Below are positions 1 to 14,413 of a stretch of DNA of 64,000 bases, piece after piece. The first letter of the stretch is position 1. Each line of letters opens with the position of its first letter. The notes under the pieces are model-generated. The model made no database searches. It was not told the origin of the DNA and saw only the letters and a program-made list of their open reading frames with translations. This stretch comes from the human T2T-CHM13v2.0 reference genome, Homo sapiens: NCBI RefSeq assembly GCF_009914755.1, contig NC_060930.1; one strand, 5' to 3'. A program made the translations under genes and the position numbers.

Positions 1-937
1 TAGAAGGAAAATGTGATTTTGTGGGCCAGGCTAAGGGTATTTCCGCTGTGTGCAGTCTAGGGATTTGATGTCCTATGTTCCAGCTGTTCCAGCCATGACT
101 AAAAGGGGCCAAGGTACAGCTTGAGCCATTGCTTCAGAGGGTGGAAGCCCCAAGCCTTGGAAGCTTCCATGTGGTGTTGAGCCTGCAGGTGCACAGAAGT
201 CAAGAATTGAGATTTGGGAACCTCTGCCTAGATTTCAGAAGATATATGGAAACATCTGGATGCCCAGGCAGGAGTTTGCTATAGGGGCAATGTCCTCATG
301 GAGAACTTCTGCCACGGCAGTGCAGAAGGGAAATGTTGGGTGGGAGCCCTGACACAGAGTCCCTACTGGGGCACTGCCTAGTGGAGTTGTGAGAAGAGGA
401 CCACCATTCTCCAGAACTCAGAATGGTAGATCCACTGACGGCTTGCACTGTGCACCTGGAAAAGCCACAGACACTCAACGCCAGCCCACGAAGGCAGCCA
501 GGAGAGAAGCTGTACCCTGCAAAGCCACAGTTGTGGAGGTGCCCAAGACAATGGGAACCCACTTCTTGCATCAGTGTGACTTGGATGTAAGACATGGAGT
601 CAAAGGAGATCATTTTGGAGCTTTAAAATTTGACTGCCCTGCTGGATTTTGGACTTGCATGGGACCTGTAGCTACTTGGTTTTGGCCAAGTTTTCCCATT
701 TGGAATGGATGTCTTTACCCAATGCCTGTAGCCCCTATTGTATCTAGGAAGCAATTAACTTGCTTTTGCTTTTACAGGCTCATAGTGGGGAGGGACTTGC
801 CTTGTCTCAGATGAGTCTTTGGACTGTGGACTTTTGAGTTAATGCTCAAATGAGTTGAGACTTTGGGGAACTATTGGGAAGGCACAATTGGTTTTGAAAT
901 GTGAAGATATGAGTTTTGGGAAGGGCCAGGTGTGAAA
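1..937 (+). mobile_element. THE1-int (ERVL-MaLR internal region), 3' part, running off the window start
   Basis: ORF 389-814 translates to the MaLR internal ORF remnant (RRGPP..QNGRSTD..DVRHGVKGDHFGAL..CPAGF). It ends in a purine-rich PPT-like stretch (gggaagggccagg) just before the LTR. Confidence 0.9.
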
Positions 938-1328
938 TGATAAGATTTGGCTCTGTGTCCTCACCCAAATCTCATCTTGTAGCCCATAATTCTCACATGT
1001 TGTAGGAGGAACCTGGTGAGAGATGATTGAATCATGGGGACAGGTCTTTCCTGTGCTGTTCTTGTGATTATGAATGGTTCTTCCAAGATCTGATAGTTTT
1101 AAAAACAAGAGTTTCTCTCTTTGCCTGCTGCCATCTCTCTTTTTCTCAGCACAATCTCTCTCTTTGCCTGCTGCCATCTATGTAATATGTGACTTGCTCC
1201 TCGTCTTTGGCCATGATTGTGAGGCCTCCCCAGCCATGTGGAACTGTAAGTCCAATAAAACTCTTTCTTTTGTAAACTGCCCAGTCTCAGTTATGACCTC
1301 ATCAGCAGCATGAAAATGGACTAATAGA
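938..1328 (+). mobile_element. THE1 (THE1B/C-like) 3' LTR
   Basis: Begins tgataagatttggctctgtgtcc (consensus TGATATGGTTTGGCTGTGTCC), contains ccatgattgtgaggcctccccagccatgtggaactgtaagtccaataaa, and ends ggactaataga (consensus GGACTAATACA). Confidence 0.9.
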
Positions 1329-1832
1329 GTCATTAAAAAAGATTTCTGGGGGATGCTCAAGACATTTTTCTTTTTGACTTTCTGGAGGGCCAAAGAAGGA
1401 TAACATGTCCCTATTATTACAGTGTTTTAAGAAAGTTAGTCAAAGCTTTAGCAGAAACATGCCCATGAAAGCTTCACCAGAGAGTACTATTCCACCATGA
1501 CAATGCTCCTGCTTATTCCTCTCATGAAATTAGGGGTAATTTCTGAGATTATCAATAGAAAATCATTAGGCATCCACCTTATAGTTCTGATTTGCCTCTT
1601 TCTGACTTCTTTTTGTTTTCTAATCTTTATTTTTCTTCAGTTAATAATGTAAAAAGGCTGCATTGACATGGGTAAGGTCCCAGGACACTCATTTCCTTAG
1701 AGATGGACTAAATGGTTGGTATCATTGCTTGTAAAAGTGTGTTGACCTTGATGAGGTTTATGTTGAGAAATAAAGCTAATTTTTAAAATTTTTATCTAAT
1801 ACCATTTTTCACAACATTTCGAAGTCTTTTCA
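1329..1832 (+). mobile_element. HSMAR2 mariner DNA transposon, 3' portion (transposase pseudogene fragment plus right TIR)
   Basis: Manual translation gives DFLEGQR..YY.SVLRKL.KALAE, HHDNAPA (1493-1513) and HPPYSSDL..SDFFLF (from 1571), the mariner D,D34D motifs, with stops and frameshifts. It ends in a degenerate TIR (catttttcacaacatttcgaagtcttttca) followed by TA. Confidence 0.88.
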
Positions 1833-2087
1833 TATTATTTTATAGCTTTTAGAAAGAAATATACTGCCTGACAATAAAAAACTCAAAAACTCCTTAATAT
1901 TATTAAGATATGTATTTTATAGACTAAATTTTAAAAAATTCAGTGGCTTTTTCATTATGTGACTAATTATCTGTATGGAAACCCATATATGCATTCAATT
2001 GTAAAGTACTTGAGAGTATGCTGGATTTATCATTCTATTCCAAGAACCTAGCATGATACATGATTCTGTCAAGCATCTGAAAGCACA

Positions 2088-2495
2088 TACTATAGCTTGG
2101 ATGTTTGTCCCCTCCAAATCCCATGTGGAAATGTAATCCCCAATGTTGAAGTTGGAGCCAAGTGGAAGGTGTTTGGATCACTAGGGCTGATCATTCATGA
2201 ATGGCTTGGTGCCATCTTCACAGTAATGAGTGAGTTCTCACTCTGAGTTCACATGATATATGGCTGTTTAAAAGAGTGTGGTACTTCCTTTCTCTCTCGT
2301 TTCCTCTCTTGCCATGTGAAACCCTGCCTCCCACTTCACCTCCACCATGATTTCTGAGGGCCTCACCAGAAGCTGAGGAGATGTTGGTGCTATGCTGGTA
2401 CAGCCTGCTGAACCATGAACCAATTAAACCTCTTTCTTTTATAAATTACCCAGCCTCAGGTATCTCTTGATAGCAATACAAAACAGACTAACACA
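2088..2495 (+). mobile_element. MSTB-type MaLR solo LTR
   Basis: tactatagcttggatgtttgtcccctccaaatc ... aattaaacctctttcttttataaattacccagcctcaggt ... cagactaacaca match MSTB termini and core. Confidence 0.85.
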
Positions 2496-2904
2496 CTATC
2501 TAATAGAAAATATAATTGCTTTTGTTTAAATGTGCTTGGAAAATTATAGTTAAATATAGATTTTAAAAAGTCAGGACGATATTTTGCACACAGTTTTCAA
2601 TCATATTTGTGGTGTTTTCTATTTAAATATATAAGTACAGATTTTATTTTATGCTTCCCTCAGCAAAAATTTTAAACAGATGAGAATAATGATTATAGCA
2701 AGCACAGAATAGCTTTGTGAAGAAAACATAAATACTGAGATTATTTTCAGTAATAATGGGCTAAAGTAAAATAATAATTCTATACATTTTTATTGTCTAG
2801 AATTAAATAATAAACTTCTGCACTTAAGTTTTTACCTTCCTAAATAGAAGAAACTTTATCTGAATTGTATGGATTCATATTATGATTATACCTATAATTT
2901 TGTA

Positions 2905-3360
2905 TGCTTTTGGTACAAATAACCAGAAATTCTAATTCCAAATAGTTTCAGCAATAAAGAAATGAAATAGGTTAAATAAAAGGAAGTTCAAGAATAGGGT
3001 GGGTTTTCAGATGGATGTATGTTTATGGAAAAGCTTAACTGACTTCTCATAAAATACCTAGATTACTCCTGTCTCTCCACTCTGATATTCACAGGCTGAG
3101 TTTTAATATGAGACTTGCTTTTCACATGATTCCAATGTGATGGCTAGTCACTCCGTTTCCAAAACTGTTCTTCTGTAATAGGAGGAAGAAATAACTTTCT
3201 CAAGTTAAGGAGAACCTTTCCTAGAAGTTAACTGGCTAGAACTGGGTGACCAATGAAGCCCTCTGTTGGAGATGAGGACGGGCTCAGCTCCCACTGAGAG
3301 CTATGGACCAGGGTTCATAATGGGCAAAACTGGTATTCTGTTAGGAGGAAAACCTCAACA
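2905..3360 (-). mobile_element. Possible highly decayed ERVL/MaLR LTR (LTR33/MLT1-like)
   Basis: ttggtacaaataaccagaaattctaattccaaatagtttcagcaataaag resembles the reverse-complemented 3' end of old LTR33/MLT1 LTRs. Similarity is weak and judged by eye. Confidence 0.3.
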
Positions 3361-5487
3361 TCTAATTCCAGTATTTCTCCACATTCATGAATTATTTCCT
3401 GAATTATATCTGATTGTCAGATTAAAGACTTAAGATACACAATCACATGTCCAAGCTAAAGATATTAACTTTCATCTTCAACTTCCTCCCTGTTTCTCTT
3501 TATATGCAGTAGCTCTTGCCTTTATTTCTAGAAACTCATATGGAGTTTAAGGATGAGTCTAGCCATTTAAAAATTTACTTGAAACATGGTTGTTGCTAGG
3601 TGGGTGGTTGCTAGTTGCCAGCTTTTATTTTTCACATGTAATTATTTAAGTTTTCAGTACATACTAATAGCCACTCCCCTTGCATGAGAATAACGAAAAC
3701 TTAAAAGCTGTGTAAGAGAAAAATCAGGAATCAATGAACCTTCCCTCTCTACTGCAACAGAGTTTTTTTAATAGACTAGAAATATAATAGAATACATGTA
3801 TTTTAGAAGAAATGAATAATAGAAACTCTGAAGTATATGTGTGTATATATAGAAAATACACCAAATGAGTATAATATTTCTCTCAGATTAATTATGAATA
3901 TTTACTCCAACACCACATATTACTTTTAATAAAACAAATATATATTTTTGAAAGTGTAAAGGAATCTTAGCTTGGGGCATTTTTCATTTTTTTTTGTTTT
4001 GTTTTGGTTAGCAGATCATAAAATTCTATATCAATTTTTAAAAATCAAGTATTTTTTATAGTTAGTGTTTCTATATACAAGATTAAATGTGAAAGTTGGA
4101 ATATTATGAGAGAATAATTGAATACTAGGATTTTCTATAAAATTGATAGTTTGATAATTACTCTGTAGTGATCAGGTAGCTTAAGTAAAGATATATATAA
4201 TTTGGTCCCATATCTGGTAGTTATTACCAATATAGTATAATCCATGAATAACTGCCCAAAGAAATAATTATGTATTGCTCTCCACAGTATATATCATTAG
4301 ATAAATGTTAGGAAATATTTTGCAACCAAAATGTAAAATGATCCCTTTCTCCAGGTTTCTTGAAAGCAATATCTAAGAAACAATAATGGAAATGTATAAT
4401 GTATGTGTGTGTGTGGGGGGGGGGTGCTCATGTACATTTGCAACTTTTTCTGTTAAGTGAAGTATTAATTTGAGAAAAAATTTTATGTATGACACTTAAA
4501 TATAATTAATATTGAAAGATTTACTATGCTGTTTATTAAGAAACCTGTATCACATCTTGATTCTTGATTTTAACAGTAAGCAGATCAGCAACTGTGTATT
4601 ACCCACAGATACTGTCTAAAACTTGTGTCTCTTTGTGTTATTTCTCTAAAGAAGAGCTTGAATTTTATCATTACAAAATCTCTGCATATTTAATACTTTA
4701 AATTTCTGTGTTCTACAAATTGTGTCTAATTCACCTTAAAATCCAACTTTACATAATCCATTTTAGCTCATCCCAATTAGCTTAATACCCACTAATAGAG
4801 CAGGATAAAGTAGGAAAATTAGCATTTATTTACTTAGTATATGATAGGTTTTATTAGAAGCTTTACATATGCTTCTTGAAATTCTGATTTTTTTTTTCCT
4901 GGCAATGTAAAGATTTATATTATATGAAAATGTTTCAAAATAAGTTATGAAATATATTTGTTTCTTTAATAGGTTCCCACAAATTCATTAGTACCTTGAT
5001 CAAAAGTCACTAATTTATATAAAGCATATTTTAAAGCAAGTATTAATCATAAAATGCCAAAAAAAGTTTACAAAACAATCAATAATACTGAAATTAAAAG
5101 CTAGACTACAGAGTTTAAGATTTGCAGAGACTCCTCAATGTGGCTAAAGGAAATATATAAGTAGTGGCAGATTATATGAAAATAGATTATTGCAAGGGAA
5201 TGTCCAGGAGGACTAGTCAAGTAGTTGAATAACTTTTTTTACTGAAAGCAATCAATGATCTTTTTGAAGGGAAGCAAAACATCTATAATCATAATATTTC
5301 TCTTCACCATGAAATGGAGATTGATTAGGGAAAAAATTATTTAATAGCAATCCGTAAGGATAGAAAGTAACTTTCTAAAATAAAAATCAAATCATGCCAC
5401 TTCCCTGATTAAAAACATAAGTGCCGGACAGTGGGTGCAGGACAGTGGGTGCAGTGCACCGTGCGTGAGCCTAAGCAGGGCGAGGCA

Positions 5488-5751
5488 TTACCTCATCTGG
5501 GAAGCGCAGGGGGTCAGGGAATTCCCTTTCCTAGTCAAAGAAAGGGGTGACAGATGGCACCTGGAAAATCGGGTAACTCCCACCCTAATACTGTGCTTTT
5601 CCAATGGGCTTATCAAACGGCACACCAGGAGATTATATCCCGCAGGTGGCTCTGAAGGTCCTATGCCCACGGAGCCTTGCTGATTGCTAGCACAGCAGTC
5701 TGAGATCAAACTGCAAGGTGGCAGTGAGCCTGGGGGAGGGGCGCCAGCCAT
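5488..5751 (-). CDS. L1 ORF0 homologue (antisense 5'UTR ORF), 87 aa, open
   Basis: ATG at 5751-5749 gives MAGAPPPGSLPPCSLISDCCASNQQGSVGIGPSEP...IRVGVTRFSRC, homologous to primate L1 ORF0. It is the C-terminal part of track ORF 5488..6009. Expression is not shown. Confidence 0.65.
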   Translation of the reverse strand: MAGAPPPGSLPPCSLISDCCASNQQGSVGIGPSEPPAGYNLLVCRLISPLEKHSIRVGVTRFSRCHLSPLSLTRKGNSLTPCASQMR

Positions 5752-6073
5752 TGCTTGGGCTTGAGTAGGTAAACAAAGTGGCCTGGAAGCTGGAAATGGG
5801 TGGAGCCCACCACAGCTCAAGGAGGCCTGCCTGCCTCTGTAGGCTCCACCTCTGGGGGCAGGGCACAGACAAACAAAAGACAGCAATAACCTCTGCAGAC
5901 TTAAATGTCCCTGTCCGATAGCTTTGAAGAGAGTAGTGGTTCTCCCAGTATGCAGCTTGAGATCTGAGAACCAGCAGACTGCCTCCTCAAGTGGGTCCCT
6001 GACCCCCAAGTAGCCTAACTGGGAGGCACCCCCCAGTAGGGGCGGACTGACATCTCACACAGCCGGGTACTCC

Positions 6074-6201
6074 TCTGAGACAAAACTTCCAGAGGAACGA
6101 TCAGGCAGCAGCATTTGCGGTTCACCAATATCCGCTGTTCTGCATCCTCCACTGCTGATACTCAGGCAAACAGGGTCTGGAGTGGACCTCCAGTAAACTC
6201 C
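6074..6201 (+). promoter_or_regulatory. ~129-bp L1 5'UTR segment known as the ZNF93 (KRAB-ZNF) binding region
   Basis: tctgagacaaaacttccagaggaacgatcaggcagcagc...gctgatac...aaactcc, flanked by actcc microhomologies at 6069 and 6197. Younger L1s join gggtactcc directly to aacagacc. Confidence 0.75.
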
Positions 6202-6326
6202 AACAGACCTGCAGCTGAGGGTCCTCACTGTTAGAAGGAAAACTAACAAACAGAAAGGACATCCACACCAAAAACCCATCTGTATGTCACCATCATCAAA
6301 GACCAGAGGTAGATAAAACCACAAAG

Positions 6327-7343
6327 ATGGGGAAAAAACAGAGCAGAAAAATGGGAAACTCTAAAAATCAGAGAGCATCTCCTCCTCCAAAGGAACGCAG
6401 CTCCTCACCAGCAATGGAACAAAGCTGGACGGAGAATGACTTTGATGAGTTGAGAGAGGAAGGCTTCAGAAGATCAAACTACTCTGAGCTAAAGAAGGAA
6501 GTTCAAACCAATGGCAAAGAAGATAAAAACTTTAAAAAAAAATTAGACGAATGGATAACTAGAATAACCAATGCAGAGAAGTCTTTAAAGGACTTCATGG
6601 AGCTGAAAACCATGGCACGAGAACTACGTGATGAATGCACAAGCCTCAGTAACCAATGCAATCAACTGGAAGAAAGGGTATCAGCGATGGAAGACGAAAT
6701 GAATGAAATGAAGTGTGAAGAAAAGGTTAGAGAAAAAAAAATACAAAGAAATGAACAAAGCCTCCAAGACATATGGGACTACGTGAAAAGACCAACTCTA
6801 CGTCTCATTGGTGTACCTGAAAGTGACGAGGAGAATGGAACCAAGTTGGAAAACACTCTGCAGGATATTACCCAGGAGAACTTCCCCAATCTAGCAAGGC
6901 AGGCCAACATTCAAATTCAGGAAATACAGAGAATGCCACAAAGATACTCCTCGAGAAGAGCAACTCCAAGACACATAATTGTCAGATTCACCAAAGTTGA
7001 AATGAAGGAAAAAATATTAAGGGTAACCAGAGAGAAAGGTTGGGTTACCTACAAAGGGAAGCCCATCAGACTAACAGCTGATCTCTCCACAGAAACTCTA
7101 CAAGCCAGAAGAGAGTGGGGGCCAATACTCAACATTCTTAAAGAAAAGAATTTTCAACCCAGAATTTCATATCCAGCCAAACTAAGCTTCATAAGTGAAG
7201 GAGAAATAAAATACTTTACAGACAAGCAAATGCTGAGGGATTTTGTCACCACCAGACCTGCCCTAAAAGAGCTCCTGAAGGAAGCACTAAACATGGAAAG
7301 GAACAACCGGTACCAGCCACTGCAGAAACATGCCAAATTGTAA
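6327..7343 (+). CDS. L1 ORF1p (RNA-binding chaperone), uninterrupted 338 aa
   Basis: MGKKQSRK... full length. The coiled coil, REKG, ARR and YPAKLS motifs are retained. Confidence 0.92.
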   Translation: MGKKQSRKMGNSKNQRASPPPKERSSSPAMEQSWTENDFDELREEGFRRSNYSELKKEVQTNGKEDKNFKKKLDEWITRITNAEKSLKDFMELKTMARELRDECTSLSNQCNQLEERVSAMEDEMNEMKCEEKVREKKIQRNEQSLQDIWDYVKRPTLRLIGVPESDEENGTKLENTLQDITQENFPNLARQANIQIQEIQRMPQRYSSRRATPRHIIVRFTKVEMKEKILRVTREKGWVTYKGKPIRLTADLSTETLQARREWGPILNILKEKNFQPRISYPAKLSFISEGEIKYFTDKQMLRDFVTTRPALKELLKEALNMERNNRYQPLQKHAKL

Positions 7344-7406
7344 AGACCGTCAAGGCTAGGAAGAAACTGCACCAACTAACGAGCAAAATAAGCAGCTAAC
7401 ATCATA

Positions 7407-11230
<3,824 letters not shown>

Positions 11231-11912
11231 ACAATGAGAACACATGGACACAGGAAGGGGAACATCACACACCGGGGACTGTTGTGGCGTGGGGGGAGTG
11301 GGGAGGGATAGCATTAGGAGATATACCTAATGCTAAATGACGAGTTAATGTGTGCAGCACACCAACTTGGCACATATATACATATGTAACAAACCCGCAC
11401 GTTGTGCACATGTACCCTAAAACTTAAAGTATAATAATAATAAAAAAAAAATTTGTTACCAGTTGGCTATGACAAAACTGTTTAGCATTCACTCTGTATA
11501 GAACCCTTCCACCCCTACCTTTGGCCTTGCAATGTAGAGTACCAATTATTCTAGGATAACATACAAAACAATCATCCTTCCTTTGTTCTTCTGTATTTTG
11601 GCTCTGTCAGGCAGTGTTCTTCCATGTACCTGAATCTGTTTCTGGGCTCATTATCCTATTCCATTTGACAGATTGTCAACCCTCAGCCAATCAAACACAG
11701 AGTTAATTGGTTTTTTGATGAGATTTTGTATAGCATAGGTCACGTTCTGCATATTGTTCTTCTTCTTCAGGGTTGTGTTGTTTTATTTTTGCCCTGTGCC
11801 CTTTTATATAAATATTGAAATTAGCTACATATGCAAGCATCCTATTAAGTTGCATAAAAAGTCATTAGAAATTAATGTGAATTCCATTGATTTTACTGAA
11901 AATGTATAAGTA

Positions 11913-12230
11913 CACTTGACCCTTGAACAACATGAGTTTGATCTGTGCAGGTCCACTTAAATGCTATTTTTTTTTCAATAAATACATTCTGTACTCCCAA
12001 TTGGTGGGTTCTGTATCTCCAACAAAATGCCAACCAAAAATACAACATGTATACTTGTGGTATAATAAATCTATATGTAGGGTTGTGTGGGGACACTTTT
12101 CATATGTGGGGGTTCTACTGGATTTTTGTAGTGCCAACTGCATTACTTAAGTATCCACAGATTTTGGTATTGGTGTGTGTGGGAATTTTGGAACCAATGC
12201 CCACCACAAAGAGATATGTAGGGATAACTC
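11913..12230 (-). mobile_element. MER2B/MER8-type TcMar-Tigger MITE
   Basis: cacttgacccttgaacaacatgagtttg at the left end and ggaaccaat...gggataactc at the right end. TA flanks both ends (11911-12, 12231-32). Confidence 0.8.
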
Positions 12231-12500
12231 TAATTTATATCCTTGTGATATTTTATCTTCTTGTATGTGGATACGGTAGATGTCTCCCTTATATGACGAC
12301 TTCTATGACATTTTTAATGTAGTTTCGTAATTTATCTTCATAAAGAGCATGTGCTTACTTTCTCAAGTTAACGTATAGAAATCTTATTAATTTGTTGCCA
12401 TTTTAAAATATTTTATAACATATATTTAACTCATTATATTGATGTATAGACATGCAATTCATTTACATATTGAGCAACCTTGTCGAACTCTTCTACTTCT

Positions 12501-12641
12501 ATTTATTTATTTGTGTGTGTGTGGAGACAGGATCTCGCTATGTTACCCAGGCTGATGTTGAACTCTTGGACTCAGGCAATCCTCCCTCCTCTGCCTCACA
12601 AAGTGTTACGATTATAGGCAGGCATGAGCCACCACACCCAA
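12501..12641 (-). mobile_element. FLAM (Alu left monomer)
   Basis: gagacaggatctcgctatgttacccaggctg...aagtgttacgattataggc...atgagccaccacaccca; a single monomer with a decayed tail. Confidence 0.8.
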
Positions 12642-12852
12642 ACACGTTTATTTTTAATAATACTATATCATCTGTGAATAATGAGACCCTTCTTTTGTTT
12701 CTAATTCTTAAAATAGTTTACTAGTTTATTCCCTGCCTAGAACCTTCAGAAACAACACTGAACTGAAATAATGACAATAAGATTTCTTTTCTTGTTTTGA
12801 TTTTTCATGTAAGACTTTTAAGCTTTCACATTTGAGTTTAAAGTTTTCTGTT

Positions 12853-13208
12853 CTTTTGTTTTATTATTATTATTTTATTTTATTTTAAGTTCTGGGATCT
12901 ATGTGCTGAACATGCAGGTATGTTACATAGGTAGACATGTGCCATGGTGGTTTGCTGCACCTATCAACCCATCATCTAGGTTTTAAGCCCTGCATGCATT
13001 AGGTATTTGTCCTAATGCACTCCCTCCCCATGTCCCCAATCCTCCCGACAAGACCTGGTGTGTGATATTCCCTTCCCTGTGTCTATGTGTTCTCATTTTT
13101 CAAATCCCACTTATGAGTGAGAACATGTGGTGTTTGGTTTTGTGTTCCTGTGTTATTTTACTGAGAATGATGGTTTCTAGCTTCATCCATTTCCCTGCAA
13201 AGGACATG
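12853..13208 (-). mobile_element. 5'-truncated L1PA8A/L1PA10-like 3' end
   Basis: T-rich tail, then aagttctgggat...catctaggttttaagccctgcatgcattagg. TSD aagttttc(t/a)gtt at 12841-12852 and 13209-13220. Confidence 0.85.
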
Positions 13209-14413
13209 AAGTTTTCAGTTTTTTATAAGTGATACCCTTTAACTCATTAAAAAACTTTCCTTCTATTCTTAGTTTGCTAGAAATTTTGACAGAATTTAAC
13301 ATTAATTACGTTTGTTCACTTACTGATATGATTATACTGTGAACAACTTTGGTATTTTAATATTAACCCATTATTTTACCCCAGGAATATATCAACTGTT
13401 CTGATGGTATGTACACATATGAATTTCATTTTTAATAATTTATATTTAGGATATTTGCATCTATGTTGATGATTGACATTGCCTTTGAATTTTCATTGTT
13501 CATGATACCTTTTCTGATTTTCATACCAAAGTTTTATTTAGCTTCTTTAAACAAATTTGGTAACACAAATTTGTGTAAGAGTTTTAGTTGACCCACCACT
13601 CAAATTCCATGTCAAACAACAAAATTGTGGATTTCACACATCCTAAACTAACTACAAAAGGTTTCATTTAATGTATTGATTAAGAATCAGAATGTTATAG
13701 TTGAAAAGGACTGACTTCAAGAAGACTTAGTTTTAATATTAATTTGGTACCTTAATTTGTGAAGTCATTTCACTTCTCCACTTTCCTTACCTTTACCCAT
13801 AAAACTAGGGTAAAAATTTTTATAAGCCTGTAGTTACAACAGGTCAATTTTAGCTAGTCCTCTTGAGTTTAATTATGTTGTTTACCAATTACATATATGG
13901 GATCTTGAAGAAATCTTTTAACCTCCTTGAATCTTTCAGTTTTTTCATCAATACCATGGCTACAAGAGGGTTGTTATGTTATACTATATAAGAACACTAG
14001 ATATTAGAATTTGCTCCAGATTGTATTTAGGGAAGAAAACATTTTCTTGTAATGAAATAGAAAGTTATTGCAACAAAAATTTCATTTATAAAGTGGGTTT
14101 TTTTGCAGGCATATGCTCTAAATTTTTCTGAGGCATATATTTGGAAAAGTCTGAAGCACATGGCATTACCATATTAAACAGATCTGGAAGGAGCCCTAAG
14201 GATTCCACTGTGGTACATAAAAGTCTCTCATTTCCCATTATTAAAAAAACAGCTCACATTTTTAACTGTTTAATTGTTAAGGCTATAAATTTTACTTATA
14301 AGAATAATGCATATTATATTGTCCTTTACTCTTTACATAGCACTTTTACATACATTACCTAATTCATTCTAACTTCAATCTGAAAAGTGTGTAAAGCCAA
14401 TGTTATTATGACC

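Larger units (their letters stand above)
11620..13600 (-). mobile_element. Ancient L1M/L1ME ORF2 fragments, interrupted by MER2B, FLAM and L1PA
   Basis: Degenerate antisense L1 phrases such as tctgtttctgggctcattatcctattccatt, ccttctattcttagtttgctagaaatttt and ttaggatatttgcatctatgtt. Confidence 0.6.

Noticed and set aside
389-814. 141-aa ORF as a novel gene
   Set aside because: It is the decayed MaLR (THE1-int) internal ORF, starts at GTG, and is frameshifted near its end.
4401-4424. (TG)n followed by G10; also (GATT)n at ~18791, (TTG)n at ~49898, (TA)/(CA) at ~58861
   Set aside because: Ordinary simple repeats.
5426-5454. 14-nt tandem repeat ggacagtgggtgca x2 at the L1 start
   Set aside because: Part of the L1PA4-type 5'UTR consensus as I recall it, not locus-specific.
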